Part shown: positions 22,711 to 31,225 of the stretch, piece by piece | Numbering within the stretch: position 1 is the first letter of the stretch | Layout of the letters: each line of letters starts with the position of its first letter | Source of the DNA: Roseicyclus sp. | GTDB taxonomy: Bacteria > Pseudomonadota > Alphaproteobacteria > Rhodobacterales > Rhodobacteraceae | NCBI RefSeq assembly: GCF_018402035.1 | Contig: NZ_JAGYJN010000001.1 | Location: forward strand, 746,327-810,326 | Length of the DNA stretch: 64,000 bases | Direction: 5' to 3' | Translations under genes and position numbers: made by a program | Notes under the pieces: generated by a model | The model's input: the letters and a program-made list of their open reading frames with translations, nothing else | Told to the model about the DNA's origin: nothing | Database searches by the model: none

Positions 22711-22796
22711 GCGGGCGTGATGGAATGGTAGACATATCGGACTTAAAATCCGTGGGCCTTTGTGCCGTGGGGGTTCAAGTCCCCCCGCCCGCACCA
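22711..22796 (+). tRNA. tRNA-Leu (anticodon TAA), encoded CCA
   Basis: The GCGGGCG acceptor pairs with CGCCCGC. The anticodon loop is CTTAAAA, there is a long variable arm, and the T-loop is GGTTCAAGTCC. 86 nt including CCA. Confidence 0.9.
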
Positions 22797-22831
22797 ATAG
22801 AAAGCCGACATTGCGGCCAAGCCCAACGAAA

Positions 22832-22855
22832 AACGCGCCCACAGCGGGGCGCGTT
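22832..22855. terminator. hairpin downstream of tRNA-Leu and of the minus-strand small ORF
   Basis: AACGCGCCC (22832-22840) pairs with GGGCGCGTT (22847-22855). Confidence 0.4.
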
Positions 22856-22893
22856 CTTGGGGTGCGCTTGCCGCTTGCGCGGCAACAGGGCGA

Positions 22894-23217
22894 TCAGGCG
22901 GCTTCGGCCTCTGACTCAGCTTGGCTCCGACGCTCGCTCTCTTCACGGCTGAGTGCGACCGAGGTCCGCACGCCGCGTGATACGAAACACATCAAGCCCT
23001 GAACGACGCGCTCATTGGGATCGATACCCGCACAGCTCAGCACTTCACGGCCATCGCGCGACCGCGCCCAGCGGGCGATCTGCTCGGGGCCATTGCCATA
23101 TTTCTTGTCATCAGCAATGGCGTCATCCAAAGCTGCAAGCACCACAGCGGCGAAAAGTTTCCGCGCGCGCTGGCCTTGTTCGAAGTTGAAGGCAGTGCCA
23201 TCAACGAAATCTCTCAT
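22894..23217 (-). CDS. hypothetical small protein (107 aa from the internal ATG)
   Basis: ORF 22894..23298. ATG at 23217 gives MRDFVDGTAFNFEQGQ... I recognised no motif. It lies in a locally AT-richer patch next to tRNA-Leu. Confidence 0.35.
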   Translation of the reverse strand: MRDFVDGTAFNFEQGQRARKLFAAVVLAALDDAIADDKKYGNGPEQIARWARSRDGREVLSCAGIDPNERVVQGLMCFVSRGVRTSVALSREESERRSQAESEAEAA

Positions 23218-23466
23218 TTCGTCGTTCCTTGTTATTGCTCTTGCATTTCCGGCGTGAAGCCCCTTCTGCCTGAAAAGAATGCGATTCTGTGATGCCAAAA
23301 TCGCATATGTGATATTCGCTCAGCGCATAGCTACGCGAGAAACCACAAATTTTTAAGCAGATGACGCCAGTCTCAGTTCAAACACATAGGGTCTGTTAAA
23401 AATCTATCAAGATTCTGCCATGTTTTTGACATAGTTCTTGGGTCGCGCCCCGGGGCGCGCGGTCTA

Positions 23467-24333
23467 TCACTTGCGCCCAGCATCCCAGGGCGAAAACAGG
23501 CGGCGGCGTGCGCCACTGCGCGGAATCCGCGTCGTGCCAGCGCCAGCGGGCGGTATCGGCGCATGCGGGGTGCCGATCACACGGCGGACACGCGGGATGG
23601 CATGCGCGCCGCGCGGGGCAAGGACATAATCAACCGGCGCATGGGGTGGCTCGCCATGCCATGTCGCCCAGAACGCAGGCCCGCCCAGCCGCCGCCATAG
23701 CGGCAAGGCCAGCACCACACCCGCGATGAACCCGCCCGCATGCGCCCAATAGGCGACACCGCCGCCCGCCGCATCCATCGCCATGCCGTTGAACAATTGC
23801 AACGCAAACCACAGCCCCAGCATGACCCATGCCGGGATGGTAAAGACCTTGAACAAGATCACGATGATGATCAGCACATCGATGCGCGCGCGCGGGAACA
23901 GCAACAAATACCCCCCCATCACGCCCGCGATTGCCCCTGATGCGCCCACCATCGGCACGTTCGAGCCCGGCGCGGCAAGGATTTGCCCCAGCGCCGCGGC
24001 AACACCCGCAGCAATGTAGAACCCCAAGAACCGCAGATGCCCGAACAAATCCTCTAAATTATCGCCGAAGATGTACAAAAACAGCATGTTGCCCAGCAGA
24101 TGCATCCAGCCGCCATGCAAGAACATGGAGGTGATAAGCGTATGCCCATCGATGCCCGAGACAACCTCGCGCGGGACCAGCGCCCAATCGTCGAAAAAGG
24201 CCATCAGCAACCGCTCGGACCCCGACAGCGACGGGTAATAGGAGAGAAAGACCACGATATTGATCGCGATCAGCGCCCAAGTCACATAGGGCGTGCGGTT
24301 GGACGGGTTATGATCGCGAATTGGAAACATCAC
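23467..24333 (-). CDS. rhomboid-family intramembrane serine protease
   Basis: Multi-TM protein with HLLGNMLFLYIFG, GASGAIAGVMG (the GxSG catalytic Ser) and AHAGGF (catalytic His). Confidence 0.8.
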   Translation of the reverse strand: MMFPIRDHNPSNRTPYVTWALIAINIVVFLSYYPSLSGSERLLMAFFDDWALVPREVVSGIDGHTLITSMFLHGGWMHLLGNMLFLYIFGDNLEDLFGHLRFLGFYIAAGVAAALGQILAAPGSNVPMVGASGAIAGVMGGYLLLFPRARIDVLIIIVILFKVFTIPAWVMLGLWFALQLFNGMAMDAAGGGVAYWAHAGGFIAGVVLALPLWRRLGGPAFWATWHGEPPHAPVDYVLAPRGAHAIPRVRRVIGTPHAPIPPAGAGTTRIPRSGARRRLFSPWDAGRK

Positions 24334-24386
24334 CCCACCCTTGGGCGCGCGGCAGCGCCGGTCAAGGGGGGATGCACGGCCAAGAC

Positions 24387-25325
24387 CTAGGTCAACTCGT
24401 CCAGCGCCAAGGCAAGCCGCACCTCGCGCCGTACCATCTTGCGCACACTGCGGGTGATGCGCATGCCCAGCTCGCTTTGCAGCTCTTGGCGCACAACCTC
24501 GGCAATGATCTCGCGCAGCGTTTCCTCGTCAAGGATCCCATCCTCGGTCTCGGGAAAGCTGAACGGTGCGGTGGCCGCACCGAAATCTTCGATACTGTCG
24601 TCCTCATCGGCCAGCGGGTCTCGCGTATCGTCTTTGGCGGCGTCCCTTGGCGCATCAACATCGATTTGCGCGGCAACATGATCTTGTGCTGCGTCATCAT
24701 CGCCCTGCTGCGCTGGCGCGGCATCACGCCCCTCGCCCGGCACCCCATCTGCTTGCGCCCCATCATCTGGCGGCAGGTCATCCCCCGGCGCGTCATCATC
24801 CGCCGCGCTGTCTGGTTCCGGGGCGTCTTGCTCGGCCTGCCCGCGCGCTTGGGTCAATTCGCGCAAGGCCTGATCCGCGCCGGGATCGGGCCAATTGGCA
24901 TCGCCCACCTCGGCCTCGAAATCGGCGCTGGCACTGGCACTTGCGCTTTGCAAATGGGTCAGCTTGGCACGGAATGTTGGGCGATCTTGGCCCATCCAAG
25001 GCGCGCCATGCAGCGCCCCTTCGGCGATCGCATCATCGACCGCTTCTTCGGCGCTTTCGGCAATTTCGCCCCAATCGGCCAAGCGATCCTCGAAATCCCA
25101 AGGCGTGTCATCTTCCGCCGCATCCGCATCATCCGCGATGGTGTCCGCGACGGGCAGCCAAGGATCATCAGGGTCGCTGACACGTAACGCCGGTGTCAAA
25201 AGCAGTTTCGGCGCGCTATCCGGCGGGCTGAGAGGGGCGGATTTGCCAGCCGGGCCCGAGACAAGCCGACGAATGGATGCCAAGACATCCTCAATCTCTT
25301 CAGCGGATTTCGCGGCTTCCGACAT
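24387..25325 (-). CDS. acidic PopZ-like / DUF2497-like protein
   Basis: ATG at 25325. The N-terminal AEEIEDVLASIRRLVS resembles the PopZ EEILASIRRI motif. The middle is acidic and Pro/Asp-rich, and the C-terminus is helical (ETLREIIAEVVRQELQSELGMRITRSVRKMVRREV). Confidence 0.55.
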   Translation of the reverse strand: MSEAAKSAEEIEDVLASIRRLVSGPAGKSAPLSPPDSAPKLLLTPALRVSDPDDPWLPVADTIADDADAAEDDTPWDFEDRLADWGEIAESAEEAVDDAIAEGALHGAPWMGQDRPTFRAKLTHLQSASASASADFEAEVGDANWPDPGADQALRELTQARGQAEQDAPEPDSAADDDAPGDDLPPDDGAQADGVPGEGRDAAPAQQGDDDAAQDHVAAQIDVDAPRDAAKDDTRDPLADEDDSIEDFGAATAPFSFPETEDGILDEETLREIIAEVVRQELQSELGMRITRSVRKMVRREVRLALALDELT

Positions 25326-25506
25326 TACGACACACTCCTCGATACAACACGCTTGGCCCAAGCGACACACCGCGCCGGGCGGTGCAGGCAAGCCAGCGCT
25401 TTACCCCTCATGCTGGGGGCTTGCGTCGAAAGATAACCGCAAGCGCGCGTTCACACAACGCATAGCACGCATTGTAACGATTAAGCGGCAAGCTGCGGCA
25501 GTGCGA

Positions 25507-26895
25507 TCACTCGCGCCCGATGGCCTTGAGCAGCGTATCGAGCCGATCCCCCTGCGGCGACATCACCCGCGGCCGCCCCCCCTGAAAGGCCGCGCCATAG
25601 GCCGCGACATCATATTCCGGCACGGGCAGGTCCAGCTTGGCCACACCCAACAGACCAGCCGCCCCCAAAATCCCATAGGCCGCCGCGTAAAGCCCAGATT
25701 GCGCCTCGATCCGGCTGATCCGCGCCTCAAGCAGGTCTTGCTCGGCATCAAGCACATCAAGCGTGGTACGCGCGCCCAATGACGCCTCTTCGCGAATGCC
25801 CTCAAAGGCAAGCTGGGCGGCATTGATCCGCTGGTCCGAGGCTTGCAGCTGCGCCGTGGCAATATCGAGACGCGCATAGGCATTGCCAAGCAGTTGCAGA
25901 TTGATCTGCACCTGTCGGGTCAGGCTTGCGCGCACCGCCTCGGCCTGTGCAAGCGACTGCCGCTCCAGCGAACCAAGCTGGCCACCGCGATAGATCGGCT
26001 GGCTCAGCGTCAGGCTCAGGCTTGCGCCCTTCCCCTCAAACACAGGATTAGATGCAACGAATGTTTCGTTGCGCGACAATTCCATCGACAAATTCGGCAG
26101 CGTCGCACCACGCGCCTGCGCAACCGCGAACTCGGCGGCGGCAACCTCATGTTGCAAAGCACGGATCGCAGGGTGTTCTTGCCGGGCAAGACGCGCGGCC
26201 ACCTCCTCGGAGGCGGGCAAGGTGGGCATCGCCCCCGGACCGGAAAGCGCCGCAGGGTAGCGCCCAACCGCAAGATTGAACAATTCGCGCGCAATGTCGC
26301 GCGTGCCTTGCGCGGCGGCCAGATTGGACCGCGCGGTCGCCAATAGCGCCTCGGCTTGCGCCACATCGGTGCGGGTCGCCTCGCCCACTTCGAAACGGTC
26401 GCGCGCGGCGCGCAATTGTTCGGTCACGACGCGCACATTGGCCTCGCGCACGGCGACGACCTGCTCTGCTTCCCAGACTTCAAGATAGGCGGTGACGGCA
26501 TCACCCAACACCTGCGCCTCAAGCGCCACAAGCTGGGCGCGCGCAGCATTCAAGGTCTCTTCCGCACCGCTTAACGCATTGCGCCGCGACCCGCCCGCGT
26601 AAAGCGTGGCCTCGGCCACCAAACGCGCAGTGGTGGTGGTGGTATCGCCCACCAGATCGCGCGATGTGCTGGCCACAAATCCCAAGGTCGGCAAAAGCGC
26701 GGCGATGGCTTGGTTCACACCCTCATCGCGCACCCGCAGCAAGTAGCGGTTTTGCTCCAGCAGGGCCGAGTTGCGATAGGCATCGGCCATGGCACTGCGC
26801 AGCGTATCGGCACCCACGGGCAGCGCGGTCAGCATGAGCGCAAGCGCTACACCAAAACCGCGCGTCATTCGCTTATTCCAGCCCGCCATCACCAT
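25507..26895 (-). CDS. tolC: TolC-family outer-membrane efflux protein
   Basis: Signal peptide MTRGFGVALALMLTALPVGA followed by DTLRSAMADAYRNSALLEQNR and two repeated halves. ATG at 26895 is preceded by GAAGGG. tolC next to pcm is a common alphaproteobacterial arrangement. Confidence 0.8.
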   Translation of the reverse strand: MVMAGWNKRMTRGFGVALALMLTALPVGADTLRSAMADAYRNSALLEQNRYLLRVRDEGVNQAIAALLPTLGFVASTSRDLVGDTTTTTARLVAEATLYAGGSRRNALSGAEETLNAARAQLVALEAQVLGDAVTAYLEVWEAEQVVAVREANVRVVTEQLRAARDRFEVGEATRTDVAQAEALLATARSNLAAAQGTRDIARELFNLAVGRYPAALSGPGAMPTLPASEEVAARLARQEHPAIRALQHEVAAAEFAVAQARGATLPNLSMELSRNETFVASNPVFEGKGASLSLTLSQPIYRGGQLGSLERQSLAQAEAVRASLTRQVQINLQLLGNAYARLDIATAQLQASDQRINAAQLAFEGIREEASLGARTTLDVLDAEQDLLEARISRIEAQSGLYAAAYGILGAAGLLGVAKLDLPVPEYDVAAYGAAFQGGRPRVMSPQGDRLDTLLKAIGRE

Positions 26896-26945
26896 CACCC
26901 TTCGCTTGCCGAAACCCGCCCGGCACCTTGCCACTGAAATAGCCG

Positions 26946-27599
26946 TCAGAATACGAACCCCGGAACCCGTGCAAAGCCCGGCAAAACCGGGGCGGTTGCA
27001 TTGAATTCCACCCGCCACGACATAGCGCCGTCGATCTTGCGGCCAAGACGCGCCTCGCCCAAGGCGCCTTGCATGAAAACGGCCATGATCCGCCCCCCCT
27101 CCTTGATCTGGTCGATCAAGGATTGCGGCACCTCTTGGACACCGCCAAAGGCCACGATCACATCATAGGGGCCGTTCTTCGCGCTGCCAGCGGTCAAGGG
27201 CGCATGTAAGACGGCCGCATTGTCGATCTCTTGCGCAGACAGCGCCGCCTCTGCATCGGCGGCCAAGCTCGCATCCTCTTCGACGGCAACGACCGCATCG
27301 ACCAAGCTGGCCAAAAGGGCGGTGGTATAACCCAAGCCCGGCGCAATCTCGAGCACCAGCTCACCGGGCTGCAAATCAAGCGCCTGCAATATCTTGGCGA
27401 TATTGCGCGCCTCCATCAACTGACGCGACCCCGTCAGGGTGATCGGCGCGCCCGCATAGGCCAAGTCGCGCATCGCATCGGGCACAAACGCCTCGCGCGG
27501 GATGGTCAACATCGCGTCAAGCACGGGAAAGCTGGTGACATCAGAGGGGCGCACCTGCGTGTCAACCATGGTGCGGCGGCGTTCGGCGTAGTCTGCCAT
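26946..27599 (-). CDS. pcm: protein-L-isoaspartate O-methyltransferase
   Basis: The SAM-binding motif VLEIAPGLGYTTALLASL; 217 aa. Confidence 0.8.
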   Translation of the reverse strand: MADYAERRRTMVDTQVRPSDVTSFPVLDAMLTIPREAFVPDAMRDLAYAGAPITLTGSRQLMEARNIAKILQALDLQPGELVLEIAPGLGYTTALLASLVDAVVAVEEDASLAADAEAALSAQEIDNAAVLHAPLTAGSAKNGPYDVIVAFGGVQEVPQSLIDQIKEGGRIMAVFMQGALGEARLGRKIDGAMSWRVEFNATAPVLPGFARVPGFVF

Positions 27600-27776
27600 G
27601 GGAACTGAACCAATCCGTCTAGTTTATCCGCGTTTCTCATCGCACAGCGCGCGGGGCTGCGCAACGACAGGATGGCGGGCTGCGACGTTTCTCACCGATC
27701 CGCACGCGCAACATCGCGCGTTTGCAACCTTGCGCGCCCTGCCCGCATCGGCTACCTCAGTGCGCACCACCCCGGC

Positions 27777-27813
27777 GGCGAGTTGGCGGAGAGGTTACGC
27801 AGCGGATTGCAAA
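27777..27813 (+). pseudogene. 5' half of a tRNA-Cys(GCA) gene, severed after the anticodon loop
   Basis: GGCGAGT-TG-GCGG-AGAGGTT-ACGC-A-GCGGA-TTGCAAA reads as acceptor, D arm, 5' anticodon stem and loop. No 3' anticodon stem or T arm follows. GC content drops sharply from 27814 onward. Confidence 0.7.
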
Positions 27814-27893
27814 AACAGTTGCACTCGCCCAAACCTCCCATTTAATTACTTAAAAACAAAGACTTAAGAGAAATTCACCCTTCAAAATCAGCT

Positions 27894-27916
27894 TACACAG
27901 TTGATACACAGTTTTC
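27894..27916 (+). repeat. 23-nt motif TACACAGTTGATACACAGTTTTC, copy 1 (putative integrase arm-type sites)
   Basis: Identical to 29495-29517. It contains two ACACAGTT octamers 11 bp apart and starts 81 nt after the anticodon loop of the tRNA-Cys fragment. Confidence 0.7.
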
Positions 27917-28211
27917 ACACAAAATTGAGCAAAATCAGGGTGTTGAACACGGTAATTATGCCCCTGAAAAAGTCGCTACTCAGACTTTTAATGCGAACAC
28001 AATGTGCAGGATAATTGCTGTTTCTCTGACGGCACTAACGCCTCGTCTCATGAATTGAGCTGTTGTCCTTTGGCAAGCATTAGCAAATCGCACTCACCCC
28101 CCGGCGCAGGCTGCATTTAAACAGGGCATTCCTGCTTCTCGTGTTGGCTTAATGAAACTGGCTACAGTCGCGTGCTTGAATTACACCAATCGCACACGCG
28201 GATTGCTAACA

Positions 28212-28490
28212 TCACTGATAAACCTCATCATGCGAACCAACGTTGATCAAAATAATGTCGTTGTCCTGGATCATAAGTTCCAATGTAATGCGATAGCTCA
28301 TATTGATTGAGACAGAACTTAGTCCACTCAGTTTACCAGTCAGCTTATGCAGTCTTAGCGATGGATGCTGAATGTCGAGCTCCATCAACTGAAGGGTCTT
28401 GAGATACTGATCTTTAAGGCGTGGGTGCTTCTTGATCCATTTGGCAGCCTTTTTGTTATAGCTGTCTGTAAAGACCAGCCTGTAACTCAT
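28212..28490 (-). CDS. type II toxin, RelE/ParE superfamily
   Basis: 92 aa (MSYRLVFTDSYNKKAAKWIKKHP...LRLHKLTGKLSGLSSVSINMSYRITLE). An ATGA overlap joins it to the upstream antitoxin. Confidence 0.7.
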   Translation of the reverse strand: MSYRLVFTDSYNKKAAKWIKKHPRLKDQYLKTLQLMELDIQHPSLRLHKLTGKLSGLSSVSINMSYRITLELMIQDNDIILINVGSHDEVYQ

Positions 28491-28744
28491 TTCATCGTCT
28501 CAAGGCGTTTCAAGTGATCTGCAGGACTCTCTGTGATAAACCGCCCCTCTGCCAGATCTTTACGTGTCTCATGAATTGCGGCTTCTAGCTCACATGTACG
28601 CAAGTGAGAGTACTGCTCAAAGCTCATAACCACATACTTGTCTTTACCACGTACGGAGACAATCGCTTCAGTGCTGTCCGCTAAGGCTTGCTCGATCGCT
28701 GTAACGCCTCGGGTCTTCAATTCATTTGCCGGTATGTTAGGCAT
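28487..28744 (-). CDS. type II antitoxin, Phd/YefM-like
   Basis: ATG at 28744 gives MPNIPANELKTRGVTAIEQALADSTEAIVSVRGKDKYVVMSFEQYSHL. The ORF-track start at 28873 is probably too long. Confidence 0.65.
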   Translation of the reverse strand: MPNIPANELKTRGVTAIEQALADSTEAIVSVRGKDKYVVMSFEQYSHLRTCELEAAIHETRKDLAEGRFITESPADHLKRLETMK

Positions 28745-28907
28745 AGCGCACTTCCAATCGTGTTGATTATAGTACTGTCTAACATACTGAGCGCTATTGG
28801 GCAATGTTGTATTGGCCCTTAGAACATGGATTAGATGTCTTGCGTTAAAATATGGGCTTACGTGCAAAAACAACGTAACGCTCTGTAATCATGCATGTTT
28901 CAAAAAC

Positions 28908-29038
28908 TTATCCACAGGTTCGCTAATCAAACACTGTGTTTGCAACAGTACTGTTTGCCCACTTTGCTCAAACAGTACTGTTTGGTCACTTGTAAATAAA
29001 TGCCATGTTAACATGCAGTGTTTGCCTTCACATCAATA
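28908..29038 (+). repeat. 131-bp palindrome-dense module, copy 1
   Basis: 128/131 identical to 38870-39000 by hand alignment. Contains AACAGTACTGTT at 28944-28955 and 28971-28982, CAAACACTGTGTTTG at 28928-28942 and CATGTTAACATG at 29004-29015. Confidence 0.85.
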
Positions 29039-29376
29039 GCGAGAGTGAGCACAGCATTAGATTGTAATTCCATTAGTATCAGTGCGTTACGAACTGCGTT
29101 TCAAACTCTAAACGCTCTTCAGACCAGGACTTGGCAGCTAAGCCTTAACAACCCTAAGGTGTCGGGTTCTAATTGAGATGAAAGATCACGAGGCGCATTT
29201 CACCCTTTGGGTGTATTTCACACAGAAATACATGCGAGACCTGAAGGTTCAGTCGCGAGGGCTTTTCTCAATTAAATCAGACGTAAACTACCAGAAATTA
29301 GTGCTTTTATCTCAATTAACAAAGGATGGCCTCTTGCACATCCCGCAGTGTTAATGTAGCTACAAACATCACTTGA

Positions 29377-29450
29377 GGCGGGTTGGTAGAGTGGTTATGC
29401 AGCGGATTGCAAATCCGTGTACACCGGTTCGATTCCGGTACCCGCCTCCA
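29377..29450 (+). tRNA. tRNA-Cys (anticodon GCA), intact, encoded CCA
   Basis: The GGCGGGT acceptor pairs with ACCCGCC. The anticodon loop is TTGCAAA and the T arm is ACCGG-TTCGATT-CCGGT, with TCCA at the end. It differs from the 27777 fragment at 5 positions in the first 23 nt and is identical over GCAGCGGATTGCAAA. Confidence 0.9.
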
Positions 29451-29494
29451 ACAAAATCAAGCACTTAGCCACTTTTTTCCTCACAATTTCCTCA

Positions 29495-29517
29495 TACACA
29501 GTTGATACACAGTTTTC
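29495..29517 (+). repeat. 23-nt motif TACACAGTTGATACACAGTTTTC, copy 2
   Basis: Identical to 27894-27916 and starts 82 nt after the anticodon loop of the intact tRNA-Cys. Further ACACAG-type words follow: CTGTGT at 29517-29522 and ACACAGTG at 29549-29556. Confidence 0.7.
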
Positions 29518-29695
29518 TGTGTATGTATCAGCGGAATCACCCTGTTAAACACAGTGATCGCACTTGCAGTGTTCGCCAGCAATTTCTGCTCGCACGGCAC
29601 TTTTCTGCTGTTTGCCCGCAAAGATTTTGGAAACTCAACAACGCGTGCTGTAAAGTTTCGTTTTCCTTTGAGAGTTTTGATCATACAATTGGTTT

Positions 29696-31225
29696 ATGAA
29701 GGAGACCAACAGAACCATTAAAGTCAGCGAACACATTCGACTGGATACAAGACCTGGCAGTGCAAAGTGGCAAGCACGGGTTAAACTGGCTGATGGCTCT
29801 TGGCATAGATTTTCAACCAAGACAGAAAGCATAGAACGCGCCACAGAAGTCGCGATGAAGTTTTTCTACACATCCGAAGATCGTCTCAAAAATAATCTGC
29901 CACAAAGCACGCGCAAGTTTCGTCGTGTTGCAGAATTTGCACGGGACAGGATGCAAGAAGAACTGCGTTCTGGCAGCGGACACATCGTCTACAAAGACTA
30001 CATCACTGCTCTTGATAAGTATCTCATTCCGTTCTTCGGTTCATATGATGTAGCCAATATCAATGCCAAAGCTCTGGTGGACTTTGGCAAGTGGCGCACA
30101 GAACAGCTGGGACGCAAGGCACATCATAGTACCATCAACACGCATAACACGGCATTAAATCGAGTGCTGGATGAAGCGGAACAACGTGGTTGGATCACAC
30201 ATGCCATTCGGCCCAAGCCCATCAATGACGGTATCAAAACAGAAAGCCGTGGCAGTTTTACCAAAGAAGAATACAAAACCATCTATGAGGCCCTGAGATC
30301 GTTTCATAAGGCGTCTGACAATCCCAATACTCAGGCCACGCGTGAAGTGCTCAGGAACTACGTGCTGGTGCTGGCCAACACTGGGATGCGGCATGGGACT
30401 GAGGCTCTGAACCTCAAATGGAAAAACCTGCTATGGATCAAAGAAGAGGATCAGACCTATCTTGGGCTGTTTGTGGCAGGAAAGACGGGTCAGCGGCCAC
30501 TAATTGCCAGAGATCGCGCTATAAGGCCCCTAGAGCGTCAATTGGCGCTCAATCCCAATCTCAGAGGCAAAACCCTGGATGAAGTGATTGAAAGCAAATG
30601 CGAAGATTATGTGTTTGTCACTCGCTATGGCGAACGGGCAGCGCGGCCCAACCTCTCCCGCAATTTTGAGACGCTGCTTAAATCTCTCAAAATTGTATAT
30701 GGCGCCGATGGTAAAAAGCGAACGCTTTACAGCTGGCGGCATTTCTACGCCACTTTGGATCTGCAGCGCGGCATCAGCACCCACGCCCTCAGCAGGCAGA
30801 TGGGCAACAGCACGGGCGTGTTGGACCGTTTTTACTCAAAGCTGTCGCCGTTCATGAACCCAGGTCTGCACTCAGGTCGTGATCAGCAAGAGCAGCGTAA
30901 TGCAGCAAAGACCGTCACAGAGCCGCAGCAAGCGACAGCAAAAGCCGAGGGCGACCGAGAGCTGCAAGAAGCCCCAGTTGCCAATCTAACAGTGTCTGCA
31001 CAAGCCGCAGCGGCCGTAGATCAAACTGCTGCTCCTAAAACATCAGCGCATGAGAAAGCGTTTGATCTGTTTGATGCTGGCAAGCTCTCAGAAAAAGCCC
31101 TGCTGATTGCTGTTGGGGCGGAGCGCAGTGGGTTTGAACTTGCAGAGGACCTGCGATTGCGCACGCTCACAGCTTTTGAAGACGGACGCCTGTCAGAGGA
31201 TGCAATGATAAAACTGCTGAGTTAA
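29696..31225 (+). CDS. tyrosine-type site-specific integrase with a long C-terminal extension
   Basis: 509 aa with catalytic-domain signatures NTGMRHGTEAL (Arg), SWRHFYAT (H-x-x-R region) and GVLDRFYSKL (Tyr). About 125 further residues follow, rich in Ala/Gln/Glu. The gene is adjacent to tRNA-Cys. Confidence 0.85.
   Translation: MKETNRTIKVSEHIRLDTRPGSAKWQARVKLADGSWHRFSTKTESIERATEVAMKFFYTSEDRLKNNLPQSTRKFRRVAEFARDRMQEELRSGSGHIVYKDYITALDKYLIPFFGSYDVANINAKALVDFGKWRTEQLGRKAHHSTINTHNTALNRVLDEAEQRGWITHAIRPKPINDGIKTESRGSFTKEEYKTIYEALRSFHKASDNPNTQATREVLRNYVLVLANTGMRHGTEALNLKWKNLLWIKEEDQTYLGLFVAGKTGQRPLIARDRAIRPLERQLALNPNLRGKTLDEVIESKCEDYVFVTRYGERAARPNLSRNFETLLKSLKIVYGADGKKRTLYSWRHFYATLDLQRGISTHALSRQMGNSTGVLDRFYSKLSPFMNPGLHSGRDQQEQRNAAKTVTEPQQATAKAEGDRELQEAPVANLTVSAQAAAAVDQTAAPKTSAHEKAFDLFDAGKLSEKALLIAVGAERSGFELAEDLRLRTLTAFEDGRLSEDAMIKLLS

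Noticed and set aside
24321-25187. 288-aa and 204-aa plus-strand ORFs opposite the PopZ-like gene
   Set aside because: The acidic repeat region is open in several frames, but only the minus frame has the conserved N- and C-terminal motifs.
27777-27829. Possibility that the 27777 locus is a functional, unusually short tRNA-Cys
   Set aside because: It has no 3' anticodon stem strand or T arm. The acceptor complement ACTCGCC sits only 9 nt after the loop, so a cloverleaf cannot form. I call it a fragment or internally deleted pseudogene. The 7-mer match could also be chance.
27777-29377. Exact 1,600-bp offset between the two tRNA-Cys starts
   Set aside because: The round number is probably a coincidence. 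The downstream 23-mer copies are offset by 1,601 bp, so there is no strict periodicity.
29481-29844. Small ORFs (65-69 aa) overlapping the integrase 5' region, considered as excisionase candidates
   Set aside because: They overlap each other and the integrase start on both strands. They have no Shine-Dalgarno sequence and no HTH-like sequence.
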